Shown: positions 14,725-24,263 of the stretch, in pieces | How positions within the stretch are numbered: the first letter of the stretch is position 1 | Layout: each line of letters opens with the position of its first letter | Source: a virus | Lineage: Duplodnaviria > Caudoviricetes | Strand: one strand, 5' to 3' | Length of the DNA stretch: 27,633 bases | Virus record (IMG/VR): IMGVR_UViG_3300006919_000333 | Coordinates: 1 to 27,633 of that record | Made by a program: the position numbers and the translations under genes | The notes under the pieces: model-generated | Database searches by the model: none | Told to the model about the DNA's origin: nothing | Seen by the model: only the letters and a program-made list of their open reading frames with translations

Positions 14725-15991
14725 TAGAATATATGTCGATGCTAGTCCAGAATTAAAAGAAGAGATAGGAGCTGCTCTTACTTATACTGTGCCTGCAAGA
14801 ACCCCTAATGATAGACCTCAAGTCATAAAAAATATGAATAGGATACGAGGAAACCTTATTAGTATACCTATTGGCAGAACAGATTTAATACCGGAGAATT
14901 ATGAAATTATTGAAAAAAGGGTTAGTTGTCCTGTTGAGTCTTTTCCTGATTTTAAGTATAAGTTGCGAGATAGCCAACAAGCCGTCTACGACGCGCTCGA
15001 TGACAATGCCATCATCAACGCGTGGGTAAGTTGGGGAAAAACCTTTACAGGTCTCGCGATAGCAGGAAAGTTGAAACAAAAAACTCTAGTAGTTACCCAT
15101 ACTATTCCTTTAAGGAATCAGTGGGCAAAAGAAGTGGAGAAAGTATATGGAATACAACCAGGTATTATTGGTAGCGGGAAGTTTGATATTGATTCCCCTG
15201 TGGTTGTGGGGAATGTACAAACTCTTTACCGTAATTTGGAATCCGTTTCTCGTGTTTTCGGAACTGTTATTTTGGATGAAATGCATCATGTCTCGAGTCC
15301 AACGTTTTCTAGGATTATAGATAAAAGCTATGCTAGATATAAAATAGGTCTTTCTGGGACAATAGAGAGAAAAGACGGAAAACATATAGTTTTTAGAGAC
15401 TATTTTAGTAACACTATATTCAAGCCTCCAGCGGAAAATTTTATGGTTCCTGAAATTGATATTTACAAGAGCCAAATAAGATTTATGGACGGAGCTAGAA
15501 TACCTTGGGCTAATAGAGTGACGGCATTAGCTAATAATGAAGAATATCGTCACTCTATTGCTTTAATGGCTGCAACGTATGCAGCAAGAGGTCATAAAGT
15601 ATTAGTAGTAAGTGATAGAGTACACTTCTTAAAAGCCTGCGCAGAATTAGTAGGAGATAATGCAATCTGCGTAACAGGAGAAGTAGGACATGAAGAGCGC
15701 GAAGACTTACTAGAAGATATTCGTAATAATAGAAAAGATATACTTTTTGGTACTCAAGCGATTTTCTCAGAGGGAATCTCTGTGAATAATCTAAGTTGTC
15801 TTATTTTAGGAACTCCTATAAATAATGAACCTCTATTAACTCAGCTTATAGGAAGAGTCATTCGGGAGTACGAAAATAAAAAGACACCTAAAATAGTAGA
15901 TATTCACCTATTAGGAAATACTGCAAAACGACAAGCATCTAATAGGATGGGATATTATATTAAACAAGGTTGGAATATACACCAACTATAA
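14705..15991 (+). CDS. D10: SF2 helicase, T5 D10 / UvsW-like
   Basis: LRDSQ Q-motif, SWGKT, DEMH, LSGT, FSEGIS and QLIGRVIR. Confidence 0.92.
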   Translation: MKAVLSNRIYVDASPELKEEIGAALTYTVPARTPNDRPQVIKNMNRIRGNLISIPIGRTDLIPENYEIIEKRVSCPVESFPDFKYKLRDSQQAVYDALDDNAIINAWVSWGKTFTGLAIAGKLKQKTLVVTHTIPLRNQWAKEVEKVYGIQPGIIGSGKFDIDSPVVVGNVQTLYRNLESVSRVFGTVILDEMHHVSSPTFSRIIDKSYARYKIGLSGTIERKDGKHIVFRDYFSNTIFKPPAENFMVPEIDIYKSQIRFMDGARIPWANRVTALANNEEYRHSIALMAATYAARGHKVLVVSDRVHFLKACAELVGDNAICVTGEVGHEEREDLLEDIRNNRKDILFGTQAIFSEGISVNNLSCLILGTPINNEPLLTQLIGRVIREYENKKTPKIVDIHLLGNTAKRQASNRMGYYIKQGWNIHQL

Positions 15992-16029
15992 AAATAAATC
16001 TTGACATTAATTTTAAAATTTAGTATAAT
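15990..16029 (+). promoter_or_regulatory. sigma70-type promoter P6
   Basis: AAAAATAAATC-TTGACA 16001-16006, 17 nt spacer, TATAAT 16024-16029. Confidence 0.9.
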
Positions 16030-16030
16030 A

Positions 16031-16438
16031 ATGATTCTTTATAACTGGCCAAAAATCTTTACTCTAACGAGAGGGAACACTAAACAGATGTTCCTAATCA
16101 TAAAGATGCTAACTAATAATGAAGTGCCTAAAAACAAACGAGACCCTCTATATAAATATATGGATGTGGATTTCTCTGGCATAAGTTTTTTAGCGCATCC
16201 TGAAATGTTAGTGTATAACAGCTACAAGTACAGTTATAGAGAAATGGGAGTATATTTGGCCCTAGCTTCCGCAAGAAATCTTATGGATTTTAAATTAACG
16301 GGCGATACACGTTTATCCTTAGAGCATTGTCCTCTTTCGGATCCAAACGAACATTTAATAGAAAACAGACTACTTTATTCAGACGATGAATATATTTATT
16401 TTCTGTATGAAGAAGTTATAAAGGAGAACACACACTAA
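16031..16438 (+). CDS. Conserved hypothetical protein between D10 and D11
   Basis: The TTG 16001 track start is the -35 box itself. ATG 16031 (or 16088) is more plausible; TAATG coupling to D11. Confidence 0.75.
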   Translation: MILYNWPKIFTLTRGNTKQMFLIIKMLTNNEVPKNKRDPLYKYMDVDFSGISFLAHPEMLVYNSYKYSYREMGVYLALASARNLMDFKLTGDTRLSLEHCPLSDPNEHLIENRLLYSDDEYIYFLYEEVIKENTH

Positions 16439-17073
16439 TGGCTATTGGATTTAATAAAACAAAAGGCGCAGCACAAAAAGGTAATATCGTATCTTACGCA
16501 TATCGAGAAGGCGACAATGAAGTTCGTCTAGTTGGTGATGTATTAGCTAGATACGTTTACTGGATTCCTGGTAAAAATAATAAAGATATTCCTTTTGAGT
16601 GCTTGTCATTTGATAGAAATGAAGAGCGCTTCAATAATTTGGAAAAAGACTGGGTACGAGAGTATCATCCAGATTTAAAATGTACTTGGAGCTATGCTAT
16701 GCAGTGTCTTGACGCAGGTGAAGTAAAAGTTATTAACTTGAAAAAGAAGCTGTTTGAACAGATTCTTACTGCTGCCGAAGACTTAGGGGATCCTACTGAT
16801 CCTGAGAGTGGTTGGGACGTTAAATTTAAGCGTGTAAAAACTGGTCCTCTTCCGTACAATGTAGAGTATCAACTTCAGGTATTGAAGTGTAAGCCGCGCG
16901 CTCTTTCTGAGGCAGAAGTTGCAGCAATTTCTGATCTGAAGTCTATGGATGATGTAATGCCTCGTCCTACCCCAGATGCTCAAAAAGAACTATTAGATAG
17001 GCTACGAGCTGGTCCATCTGATTCCTCTGATGATATTGATGAAAGTATTGAAGAAGAGTTTAACATCGCATGA
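16438..17073 (+). CDS. D11: T5 D11-like putative single-stranded DNA-binding protein
   Basis: AAGGAG RBS; RYVYW...LKKKLFEQI..DLGDPTD..GWDV; acidic tail DSSDDIDESIEEEFNIA. Confidence 0.8.
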   Translation: MAIGFNKTKGAAQKGNIVSYAYREGDNEVRLVGDVLARYVYWIPGKNNKDIPFECLSFDRNEERFNNLEKDWVREYHPDLKCTWSYAMQCLDAGEVKVINLKKKLFEQILTAAEDLGDPTDPESGWDVKFKRVKTGPLPYNVEYQLQVLKCKPRALSEAEVAAISDLKSMDDVMPRPTPDAQKELLDRLRAGPSDSSDDIDESIEEEFNIA

Positions 17074-18020
17074 TTTTATTTACAGCCGATTGGCATTTAA
17101 AGCTGGGGCAAAAAAATGTTCCAAGAGAATGGTCTTTAGGTAGATATCGGCTATTCTTCGATGAGATTATAGCATTAGAGTCAGAGTGTAATATGCACAT
17201 TATAGGGGGCGATCTCTTTGATCGCCTTCCTAACATGGAAGAATTAGAACTATATTTCTCTTTTATTCGTAGAGTTAAAATTCCTACTATTATTTATGAT
17301 GGTAACCATGAGGCTACTAAAAAGGGAAGAACCTTCTTTTCTCAGCTTAAACAAGTAAGTAGAGATATTAACCCCTTAGTACATGTTGTTGATATCTCCT
17401 GGGAAGATACTGACATAGGATTTTCTATACTGCCATACAGAGAGCTTCATTTGCCTAATAGTATAGAAGCTCTGGATTATAATAAACCAGTCTTTACTCA
17501 TGTAAGAGGAGAGATTCCTCCTCATGTAAAGCCAGAAGTAGACTTAAATAGGTTTGAAAGATTTCCTGTAGTTTTTGCGGGGGACTTGCATTCACATACA
17601 AATACTCAAAAAAATATAGTATATCCAGGGAGTCCTATGACAACTTCATTTCATAGAACTAAAGTAGAAACAGGGTATATATTAATAAATGAAAATGACT
17701 GGAATTGGTTATGGGCTCCATTTAATCTACCACAGCTTATAAGAAAAACCGTAAGCTCCCAAGAAGAAATGATAGCTACAAGTTTTGATCATACAATATA
17801 TGAGTTGGAGGGAGATCTTAAAGATTTAGCAAATGTTAAAAACTCTGAGCTATTAGACAAGAAAGTTGTAAAAAGAGCTACAGAAACGACTCTTATAATT
17901 GAAAAAGAAATGACTATACAAGAAGAGATAAAAGAGTATTTAATGTATATTTTAGAGTTAGAAGAAGAAAAAATAAGTAGTATTCTTGACACTTTTAATG
18001 AGTATTCCACTGGATATTAA
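17070..18020 (+). CDS. D12: SbcD/Mre11-like metallophosphoesterase nuclease (D12)
   Basis: TADWH, GGDLFD, DGNHE, GDLHSH and YPGSP. Confidence 0.92.
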   Translation: MILFTADWHLKLGQKNVPREWSLGRYRLFFDEIIALESECNMHIIGGDLFDRLPNMEELELYFSFIRRVKIPTIIYDGNHEATKKGRTFFSQLKQVSRDINPLVHVVDISWEDTDIGFSILPYRELHLPNSIEALDYNKPVFTHVRGEIPPHVKPEVDLNRFERFPVVFAGDLHSHTNTQKNIVYPGSPMTTSFHRTKVETGYILINENDWNWLWAPFNLPQLIRKTVSSQEEMIATSFDHTIYELEGDLKDLANVKNSELLDKKVVKRATETTLIIEKEMTIQEEIKEYLMYILELEEEKISSILDTFNEYSTGY

Positions 18021-18024
18021 TATA

Positions 18025-18543
18025 ATGGAAATAGCAGCTGATATACATTATATACCTAACTTTTTATCTAGAGAGCAGTGCTCTAAAATTATAGAAGATG
18101 CTGAGAGCTTTGGAAACTGGGAGTCTGCAAAGAATGACAACTACCCCGGTCAAGAAATAAGAACAAATCTACTCACAGACTATACGCAAAATATAGTTAT
18201 AGATATATACAAATACATAGCAGAACAGACTAAAATAATATGGCCCCCTACGGAACTCTTTGGCCTAAGAGACTCTTTTTTAATAAAATATTCTGTGGAA
18301 GGACAAAAAAATCTACCCTTACATAACGATCACTCTCTTGTTAGTGGAAGCATAAAACTAAATAATGAATATGTTGGAGGAGCTTTATCGTTTCCTCGAC
18401 AAAATTTTTTTAATTCTATATGTAATACGGGGGATCTTATATTCTGGCCTGCTCAAGTTACTCATCCTCATGAATGTTTAGATTTACTATTCGGAGTAAA
18501 GTATAGTTTAACAATTTGGACTAAAAGAAGTCCTTGGGACTAA
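18025..18543 (+). CDS. 2OG-Fe(II) oxygenase, lysyl/prolyl hydroxylase-like
   Basis: NFLSREQC, HND (HxD), LNNEYVGG and distal THPH...GVKYSL. Start moved from TTG 17986 to ATG 18025. Confidence 0.85.
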   Translation: MEIAADIHYIPNFLSREQCSKIIEDAESFGNWESAKNDNYPGQEIRTNLLTDYTQNIVIDIYKYIAEQTKIIWPPTELFGLRDSFLIKYSVEGQKNLPLHNDHSLVSGSIKLNNEYVGGALSFPRQNFFNSICNTGDLIFWPAQVTHPHECLDLLFGVKYSLTIWTKRSPWD

Positions 18544-18546
18544 TTA

Positions 18547-20343
18547 ATGATTATATTAAAAACACTATACTGGAACAACTGTTTTAGTTACGGTGCAGAT
18601 AATTTTTTAGATTTAACTACAGATTCTGTTACTCAGATTATAGGTACTAACGGAACCGGTAAGTCTTCTATTCCTCTTATTATAGAGGAGGCTTTATTTA
18701 ATAAGAATTCGAAAGGAATAAAAAAAGCAGATATACCAAATAGATTTCTTGGAAAAGGTTATAATATAACCTTAGAGCTAACTAAAGACAACGATGACTA
18801 TATTATAATTATTGATAGAAAGAGCGGGGTAAAAGCCACTGTTTTAAAAAATGACGAAGATATAAGTAGTCATACTGCTACCGAAACCTTTAAAACAATA
18901 CAAGATATTATTGGCTTAGATTTTAAAACTTTTTCTCAACTTGTATATCAAAGTACAACAGCAAGTTTACAGTTCTTAACTGCTACTGATACTAACCGAA
19001 AAAAGTTTTTAATAGAGTTGCTTCAATTAGATAATTATGTCAGTCTATTCGATATTTTTAAAGAGAAAAGTAAAGAATTAAGCCTAGAAGTAGCTGGAAC
19101 TTCTGCCAAAGTAAGTACAATAGAAAAATGGTTAAAAAATAATAATCTGACAGATACTACCATAGTGCCTCTGTTAGAAATAGAAATTTCTACGGAAGAA
19201 GAAGAGAAAGAGTTCCACAGAATTACGACAGAAATTGAAAATATTTCTTCAAAAAATAAAAAAATTTCTAAAAATAATTCTTATAAAGAAATGCTAAAAA
19301 GGGTTCCTTTAGAGGAAGCTCAAAAGATAGTAGAAACAGATAAAAAATCCTATGATGAAGAACAAAAAGAGTTAGGATCTTTATCAGGGGCGGTAACGGG
19401 GTTAAAAAAGTTTTTAGAGAAAATAAATAATTTAGGAGATCAATGTCCTACTTGTGAGCAGGAAATCCCTTCCTCTTTTAAATCCTCTCTTATTGAACAG
19501 ACAGAGGGAGAGTTAGCAGAGCTAAGAGTAAGAGGAAGAGAATTACAAGAATTTGTACAAACTACAAGAGAGACTAATACTCGAATAGATTACAGAAATA
19601 AAATTGAAAGAGAGTGGAAAGACTTATATAATTCTATAGATCAGAGTCTTCCTTCTGAGCTTTTGAATGAGGATAAACTAAAAGCGGACTTAAAAGAAAT
19701 AGCTTTAAGGGTTAAAAAAGCAAAAGAAGAAATAAAAAAGTTAGAAGAAGAAAACTCTAAAAGATTTGAGCATAATACTCGAATTAAACTAATTCAAGAG
19801 CAAACAGAATCTTATAAGGAAGAATTAGAAGAATTATCTGCGTCTCTCGTATCTTCTGAGGTTACTCTTTCAAATTTAGAAGTTCTAAAAAAGACTTTCA
19901 GTACCAATGGGCTAGTCGCTTATAAAATTGAAAATCTTGTAAAAGAGTTAGAAGAAATGGTAAATCACTATTTAGGAGAACTGTCCGACGGTAGATTTAC
20001 TCTTGAATTTGTAATTTCTAATGATAAGTTAAACGTAGAAGTCACAGACTCAGGGAATATAATAGATATTCTTGCACTCTCTTCAGGAGAGCTGGCAAGA
20101 GTAAATACAGCTACATTGCTTGCAATTCGCAAATTAATGAGTAGTATTTCTAAGTCTAAAATTAATATTCTTTTCTTAGACGAAGTTATAAACGTATTGG
20201 ATGAAGTAGGAAGAGAAAGACTTGTAGAGGTTCTTTTAAAGGAAGAACTAAATACTTATATAGTAAGTCATGGCTGGTCTCATCCCCTTCTAAGTAAAAT
20301 AGAGGTATTAAAAGAGGAAAATATAAGTAGGTTAGATTTATGA
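18547..20343 (+). CDS. D13: SbcC/Rad50-like ABC ATPase (D13)
   Basis: Walker A GTNGTGKS, coiled coil with CPTC zinc hook, LSSGE signature, LFLDE Walker B and VSH. Confidence 0.94.
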   Translation: MIILKTLYWNNCFSYGADNFLDLTTDSVTQIIGTNGTGKSSIPLIIEEALFNKNSKGIKKADIPNRFLGKGYNITLELTKDNDDYIIIIDRKSGVKATVLKNDEDISSHTATETFKTIQDIIGLDFKTFSQLVYQSTTASLQFLTATDTNRKKFLIELLQLDNYVSLFDIFKEKSKELSLEVAGTSAKVSTIEKWLKNNNLTDTTIVPLLEIEISTEEEEKEFHRITTEIENISSKNKKISKNNSYKEMLKRVPLEEAQKIVETDKKSYDEEQKELGSLSGAVTGLKKFLEKINNLGDQCPTCEQEIPSSFKSSLIEQTEGELAELRVRGRELQEFVQTTRETNTRIDYRNKIEREWKDLYNSIDQSLPSELLNEDKLKADLKEIALRVKKAKEEIKKLEEENSKRFEHNTRIKLIQEQTESYKEELEELSASLVSSEVTLSNLEVLKKTFSTNGLVAYKIENLVKELEEMVNHYLGELSDGRFTLEFVISNDKLNVEVTDSGNIIDILALSSGELARVNTATLLAIRKLMSSISKSKINILFLDEVINVLDEVGRERLVEVLLKEELNTYIVSHGWSHPLLSKIEVLKEENISRLDL

Positions 20344-20552
20344 GTAAAAAAGAAATTTTAAGAGAAAAAATTCTCGATGCTTTACGCGAAACTTTTAGAG
20401 GAAAAATCCAGTATCACGAAGCAAACGTAGAGATCTATTTACACAATCCCGCAGGGATAGGAGAACATCCTGATGTGCTTCAAGCTATAGAAGAAGAAAT
20501 ATCAAAAATTGCGGAGTATACAGAAAAATTAGATGTTCTAAATAATTTTTAA
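20340..20552 (+). CDS. Conserved helical-hairpin hypothetical phage protein
   Basis: ANVEIYLHNPAGIGEHPDV; ATGA overlap with D13. Confidence 0.8.
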   Translation: MSKKEILREKILDALRETFRGKIQYHEANVEIYLHNPAGIGEHPDVLQAIEEEISKIAEYTEKLDVLNNF

Positions 20553-20555
20553 TTT

Positions 20556-21008
20556 ATGGTTGATTCAAGAGCAAAAGGTGCTCGTGGTGAGTACTTAGTA
20601 AGGGATTTATTAAGAGAGCGTACAAACTTACAGTTCGAGAGAATCCCTCTAAGTGGAGCACTAAACTACTTAAAAGGGGATCTTTACGTTCCTCATGTTA
20701 AAAATAGATTTTGTATTGAAGTAAAAAATTATGAAGAAAGCCCTCTTTCTGATAAAATTTTTACTCAAAAGAAAACAAATAATTTAATAAAATGGTGGAA
20801 GAAACTACTTGAACAATCTGAAGGGGGAAAACAAAAACCTCTATTATTTTTTAAGTATAATAGAAGCCCTATATATGTAGTAACAGATATTGTTCCAGAA
20901 TGGACTGATAATTGGTTGTATATTAAATTTTTAAATTGTTACATTCTTCTAGCAGAGGAATGGCTATCTAAGGAGGAAATTAGTTTTACTTATGAGTACG
21001 ATGAGTGA
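20556..21008 (+). CDS. D14: D14-like PD-(D/E)xK nuclease / Holliday junction resolvase
   Basis: SRAKGARGE...GDL...IEVK (Hjc-like pattern). Confidence 0.85.
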   Translation: MVDSRAKGARGEYLVRDLLRERTNLQFERIPLSGALNYLKGDLYVPHVKNRFCIEVKNYEESPLSDKIFTQKKTNNLIKWWKKLLEQSEGGKQKPLLFFKYNRSPIYVVTDIVPEWTDNWLYIKFLNCYILLAEEWLSKEEISFTYEYDE

Positions 21009-21660
21009 AATAGCTAAGTCAAAACATCCCTTTATATCCGACAAGGAGTGGAGGCACGACTACTATAATAATACTTATGAACCTCTACTAAGAGGCTTAA
21101 AAAACAACCCTATTTGTTTACTAGAAATAGGGGTAAATTACGGATATTCTCTAGGTGTTTGGAGAGAGTACTTTACAAAGGCAACAATTATTGGGGTCGA
21201 GTTAGACGCGTATAATTCTTTCCCGTATAGATCAAATCATCATGCTACCGATGGATCTTACGGCCCTTTACGCCAAGCACAATCGTGGTATGGTCTAACT
21301 TCGATAGATCCTAAAAAATTTTATGATAATTTTCAAGGATGCACTATAATATACGGAGATGCTACAGATGCGGATACTTATAGAGGTTTAGGAAAATTAG
21401 ACGTAGTAATTGATGATGGCAGTCACGGCTTGGAGGATATAGTAGCATCTTTTGATATATTAATGCCTCGATTAAATGATGGGGGCCTATATATTATAGA
21501 AGATAGTCCAGATGCAGTAAAATTTTATTCAGGAACAGCTGGAATAGTTATGCCTCATTGGGGCCCAGCGTCAGTTGAAGTAGTTCATATATATGATGGG
21601 AGTGCAGAAAAACACCCGTCAACAACAACAATAGCTTTAAGGAAAAATAGTGACATTTAA
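20992..21660 (+). CDS. Class I SAM-dependent methyltransferase (sugar O-methyltransferase-like)
   Basis: LLEIGVNYGYSL, IIGVEL, YGDA, LDVVIDDGSH and GGLYIIED; AAGGAGG upstream. Confidence 0.85.
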   Translation: MSTMSEIAKSKHPFISDKEWRHDYYNNTYEPLLRGLKNNPICLLEIGVNYGYSLGVWREYFTKATIIGVELDAYNSFPYRSNHHATDGSYGPLRQAQSWYGLTSIDPKKFYDNFQGCTIIYGDATDADTYRGLGKLDVVIDDGSHGLEDIVASFDILMPRLNDGGLYIIEDSPDAVKFYSGTAGIVMPHWGPASVEVVHIYDGSAEKHPSTTTIALRKNSDI

Positions 21661-22492
21661 ATTTAATGAAAAAATACTAGAACCTAGAGATGATTCTGTT
21701 CTAGTAGTAGATTCTTTAAATCTGGCTTTTAGATGGAAACATCAGGGAAGAACAGATTTTAGATATGATTATCAAAGAACAGTTGAGAGTTTAGCAAAGT
21801 CTTATGATTGTAAACGTGTCATTATCACAGCAGATTGGGGTTCGTCCAGCTATAGAAAGGCCCTACACCCAGAGTATAAACAGAATAGAAAAGATAAATT
21901 TGCGGAACAGTCCGAAGAAGAAAGAATTGCCTTTGAAGAGTTCTTTGAAGAATACGAATCAACTCTTCAACTCCTCTCAGAGGATTGGGTCATACTTAGA
22001 TATAAAGGTGTAGAAGCAGATGATATTGCAGCTCACCTAGTTAAGGAAAAGAAAAAATATGGCCTTAATAAAATTTGGCTAATCTCAAGCGATAGAGACT
22101 GGGATTTGTTGATTCAAGAAAATGTCGGAAGATTTTCTTATGTGACGAGGAAGGAAGTTACGCTAGAAAATTGGAACGAACATTACGATGTAACTCAAGA
22201 AGAGTATATATCTCTAAAATGTCTCACAGGAGATAAGGGAGATAATATTATAGGGTTCTCGGGTGTAGGACCAAAGCGCGCGCAAACTTTAATAAAAGAA
22301 TATGGAAGTGCGTTGGATCTATACGAGATATTGCCTATACCCAGTAATTATAAGTTTATGTCTGAATTAAATGAAAATCCAGATAAAATACTCTTAAATT
22401 ACGAATTAATGGATTTAATAACATATTGTGATGATGCAATCGGGTCTGATAATTTATCAGATATTGAAGGGAGAATTTTAAATGTCCTTTGA
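21650..22492 (+). CDS. D15: 5'-3' exonuclease / flap endonuclease (T5 D15)
   Basis: VDSLNLAFR, YRK..YKQNR, EADD, SDRDW and GDKGDNI.G.SGVGPKRA. Confidence 0.95.
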   Translation: MTFKFNEKILEPRDDSVLVVDSLNLAFRWKHQGRTDFRYDYQRTVESLAKSYDCKRVIITADWGSSSYRKALHPEYKQNRKDKFAEQSEEERIAFEEFFEEYESTLQLLSEDWVILRYKGVEADDIAAHLVKEKKKYGLNKIWLISSDRDWDLLIQENVGRFSYVTRKEVTLENWNEHYDVTQEEYISLKCLTGDKGDNIIGFSGVGPKRAQTLIKEYGSALDLYEILPIPSNYKFMSELNENPDKILLNYELMDLITYCDDAIGSDNLSDIEGRILNVL

Positions 22493-24263
22493 CATTAAAA
22501 TCGATTATAGAAGAGATAATTATTTATCGGAGTTTAGTAAGAAAACTTTAGAGGATAGATATCTAATTGATGGGGAAGTATCCCCTCAAGATGCTTTTGC
22601 TAGGGCTGCAAAAGCATTTGCTTCCAACAAAGAACACGCCCAAAGACTGTATGACTATGCTAGCAAACTATGGTTTATGTTCTCTACTCCCGTTCTTTCT
22701 AACGGTGGAACAAAAAGAGGGTTGCCTATTAGTTGTTTTCTAAACTATGTAGATGACAGTAGAGAAGGAATTACAAATCATTACACTGAAAATGCTTATC
22801 TTTCATCAGTAGGCGGGGGAATAGGAGGCTGTTGGAACGGGGTCAGGAGTGTCGGCTCGAAAACGAGCAATGGCTCCGAAAGTACAGGAGTTATTCCCTT
22901 TCTGAAAGTAGTAGATGCTGAAATGCTTGCGTTTTCTCAGGGCGTTACTCGTAGAGGAAGTTACGCAGCTTATTTGGATATTTCTCATCCTGAAATCGAA
23001 GAATATCTGGATATGCGAAAGCCTACTGGAGGAGACATAAACAGAAAATCTGTAAATTTACACCACGGTGTTATTATATCAGATAAATTTATGCAAATTA
23101 TTGAGCAGGCAACTTTAGTAGAGGGCTTTGATGATTCATGGGATTTAATTGATCCGCATACAAATAGAGTAACTAAAACAGTTTCTGCAAAAACTCTGTG
23201 GGTAAAGCTTATACAAAATAGAGTAGAAACTGGAGAGCCTTATATTATGTTTAAGGACACAGTACAAGAAGGTTTGCCAGATTTTCAAAAGAAAAGAGGT
23301 CTGGAAGTTCATCACTCTAACTTGTGTTCAGAAATCACTCTTCCAACTTCTAAAGACAGAACCGCAGTATGCTGTTTATCATCTGTAAATTTAGAGGAGT
23401 ATGATGAGTGGTGCAATGATGATAACTTTATACCAGATCTAGTAGAGATGTTGGATAATGTATTGACTTATTTTATTGATAATGCTCCCCCTGAGCTATG
23501 GAGAGCGGTTCATAGTGCTACTCAAGAAAGATCTATAGGTCTCGGTGCTATGGGGTTTCATGCCTATCTACAGCGTCATAATATTGCTTTTGAAGGAGTA
23601 ATGGCGAAGAGTAAGAATATGCAAATGTTTTCTCGAATTAAAAGAGAAGCGGAAAAAGCAACCGAAAAACTAGCCCAAGAAAGGGGTAACTGTCCTGATG
23701 ATTCTACGGGAAGAGTAAGAAATGCTCATCTTCTTGCTATTGCTCCCAATGCGAGTAGTAGTATTATTTGTGGAAATACTTCTCCAAGTATTGAACCTTA
23801 CAGAGCAAATGCTTATACTCAAAAAACTAAAAGCGGTTCTTCACTGCAAAAAAATGAATATTTAGAACATGCTCTACAAGAGATAGGACAAGATACTCCA
23901 GAAGTATGGAAAAGTATTATTACTAACGGAGGCTCTGTTCAGCATTTAGATTTTCTAGATGACTATACAAAAGACGTATTTAAAACTGCTGTAGAAATTG
24001 ATCAACGATGGGTTATTGAAATGGCAGCGGATAGACAAGAGTTTATCTGCCAAAGTCAGTCTTTAAATGTATTTTTCCCTTCGAATGTATCTAAAATGGA
24101 GCTTCATGCAGTACATATGATGGCATGGAAGAGAAAAGTAAAAACACTTTACTACTTAAGAAGTGAAGCATATAAAAGAGCGGAGAATGTATCAGACGCA
24201 GCTCTTCGACAAAGAATTTTTGACGCAATAGATGAAGAAGGATGTTTGGCTTGTGAAGGTTAA
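22482..24263 (+). CDS. nrdA: Class I ribonucleotide reductase alpha subunit (no ATP cone)
   Basis: STPVL, ISCF, SNLCSE, AVCCL, APNASSS, TLYYLR and C-terminal CLACEG. Confidence 0.96.
   Translation: MSFDIKIDYRRDNYLSEFSKKTLEDRYLIDGEVSPQDAFARAAKAFASNKEHAQRLYDYASKLWFMFSTPVLSNGGTKRGLPISCFLNYVDDSREGITNHYTENAYLSSVGGGIGGCWNGVRSVGSKTSNGSESTGVIPFLKVVDAEMLAFSQGVTRRGSYAAYLDISHPEIEEYLDMRKPTGGDINRKSVNLHHGVIISDKFMQIIEQATLVEGFDDSWDLIDPHTNRVTKTVSAKTLWVKLIQNRVETGEPYIMFKDTVQEGLPDFQKKRGLEVHHSNLCSEITLPTSKDRTAVCCLSSVNLEEYDEWCNDDNFIPDLVEMLDNVLTYFIDNAPPELWRAVHSATQERSIGLGAMGFHAYLQRHNIAFEGVMAKSKNMQMFSRIKREAEKATEKLAQERGNCPDDSTGRVRNAHLLAIAPNASSSIICGNTSPSIEPYRANAYTQKTKSGSSLQKNEYLEHALQEIGQDTPEVWKSIITNGGSVQHLDFLDDYTKDVFKTAVEIDQRWVIEMAADRQEFICQSQSLNVFFPSNVSKMELHAVHMMAWKRKVKTLYYLRSEAYKRAENVSDAALRQRIFDAIDEEGCLACEG

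Noticed and set aside
17980-18026. TATTCTTGACA (-35 at 17986) and TATAAT (18021) as a promoter for the oxygenase
   Set aside because: Spacer is 29 nt, and ATTCTTGAC is Ile-Leu-Asp coding of D12.
19240-19300. Extremely A/T-rich tract as a possible replication origin
   Set aside because: Explained by K/N/I/S codons in the D13 coiled coil; no iterons seen.
22489-22520. TTGACA at the nrdA start
   Set aside because: No -10 at 16-18 nt and it lacks the shared upstream motif.
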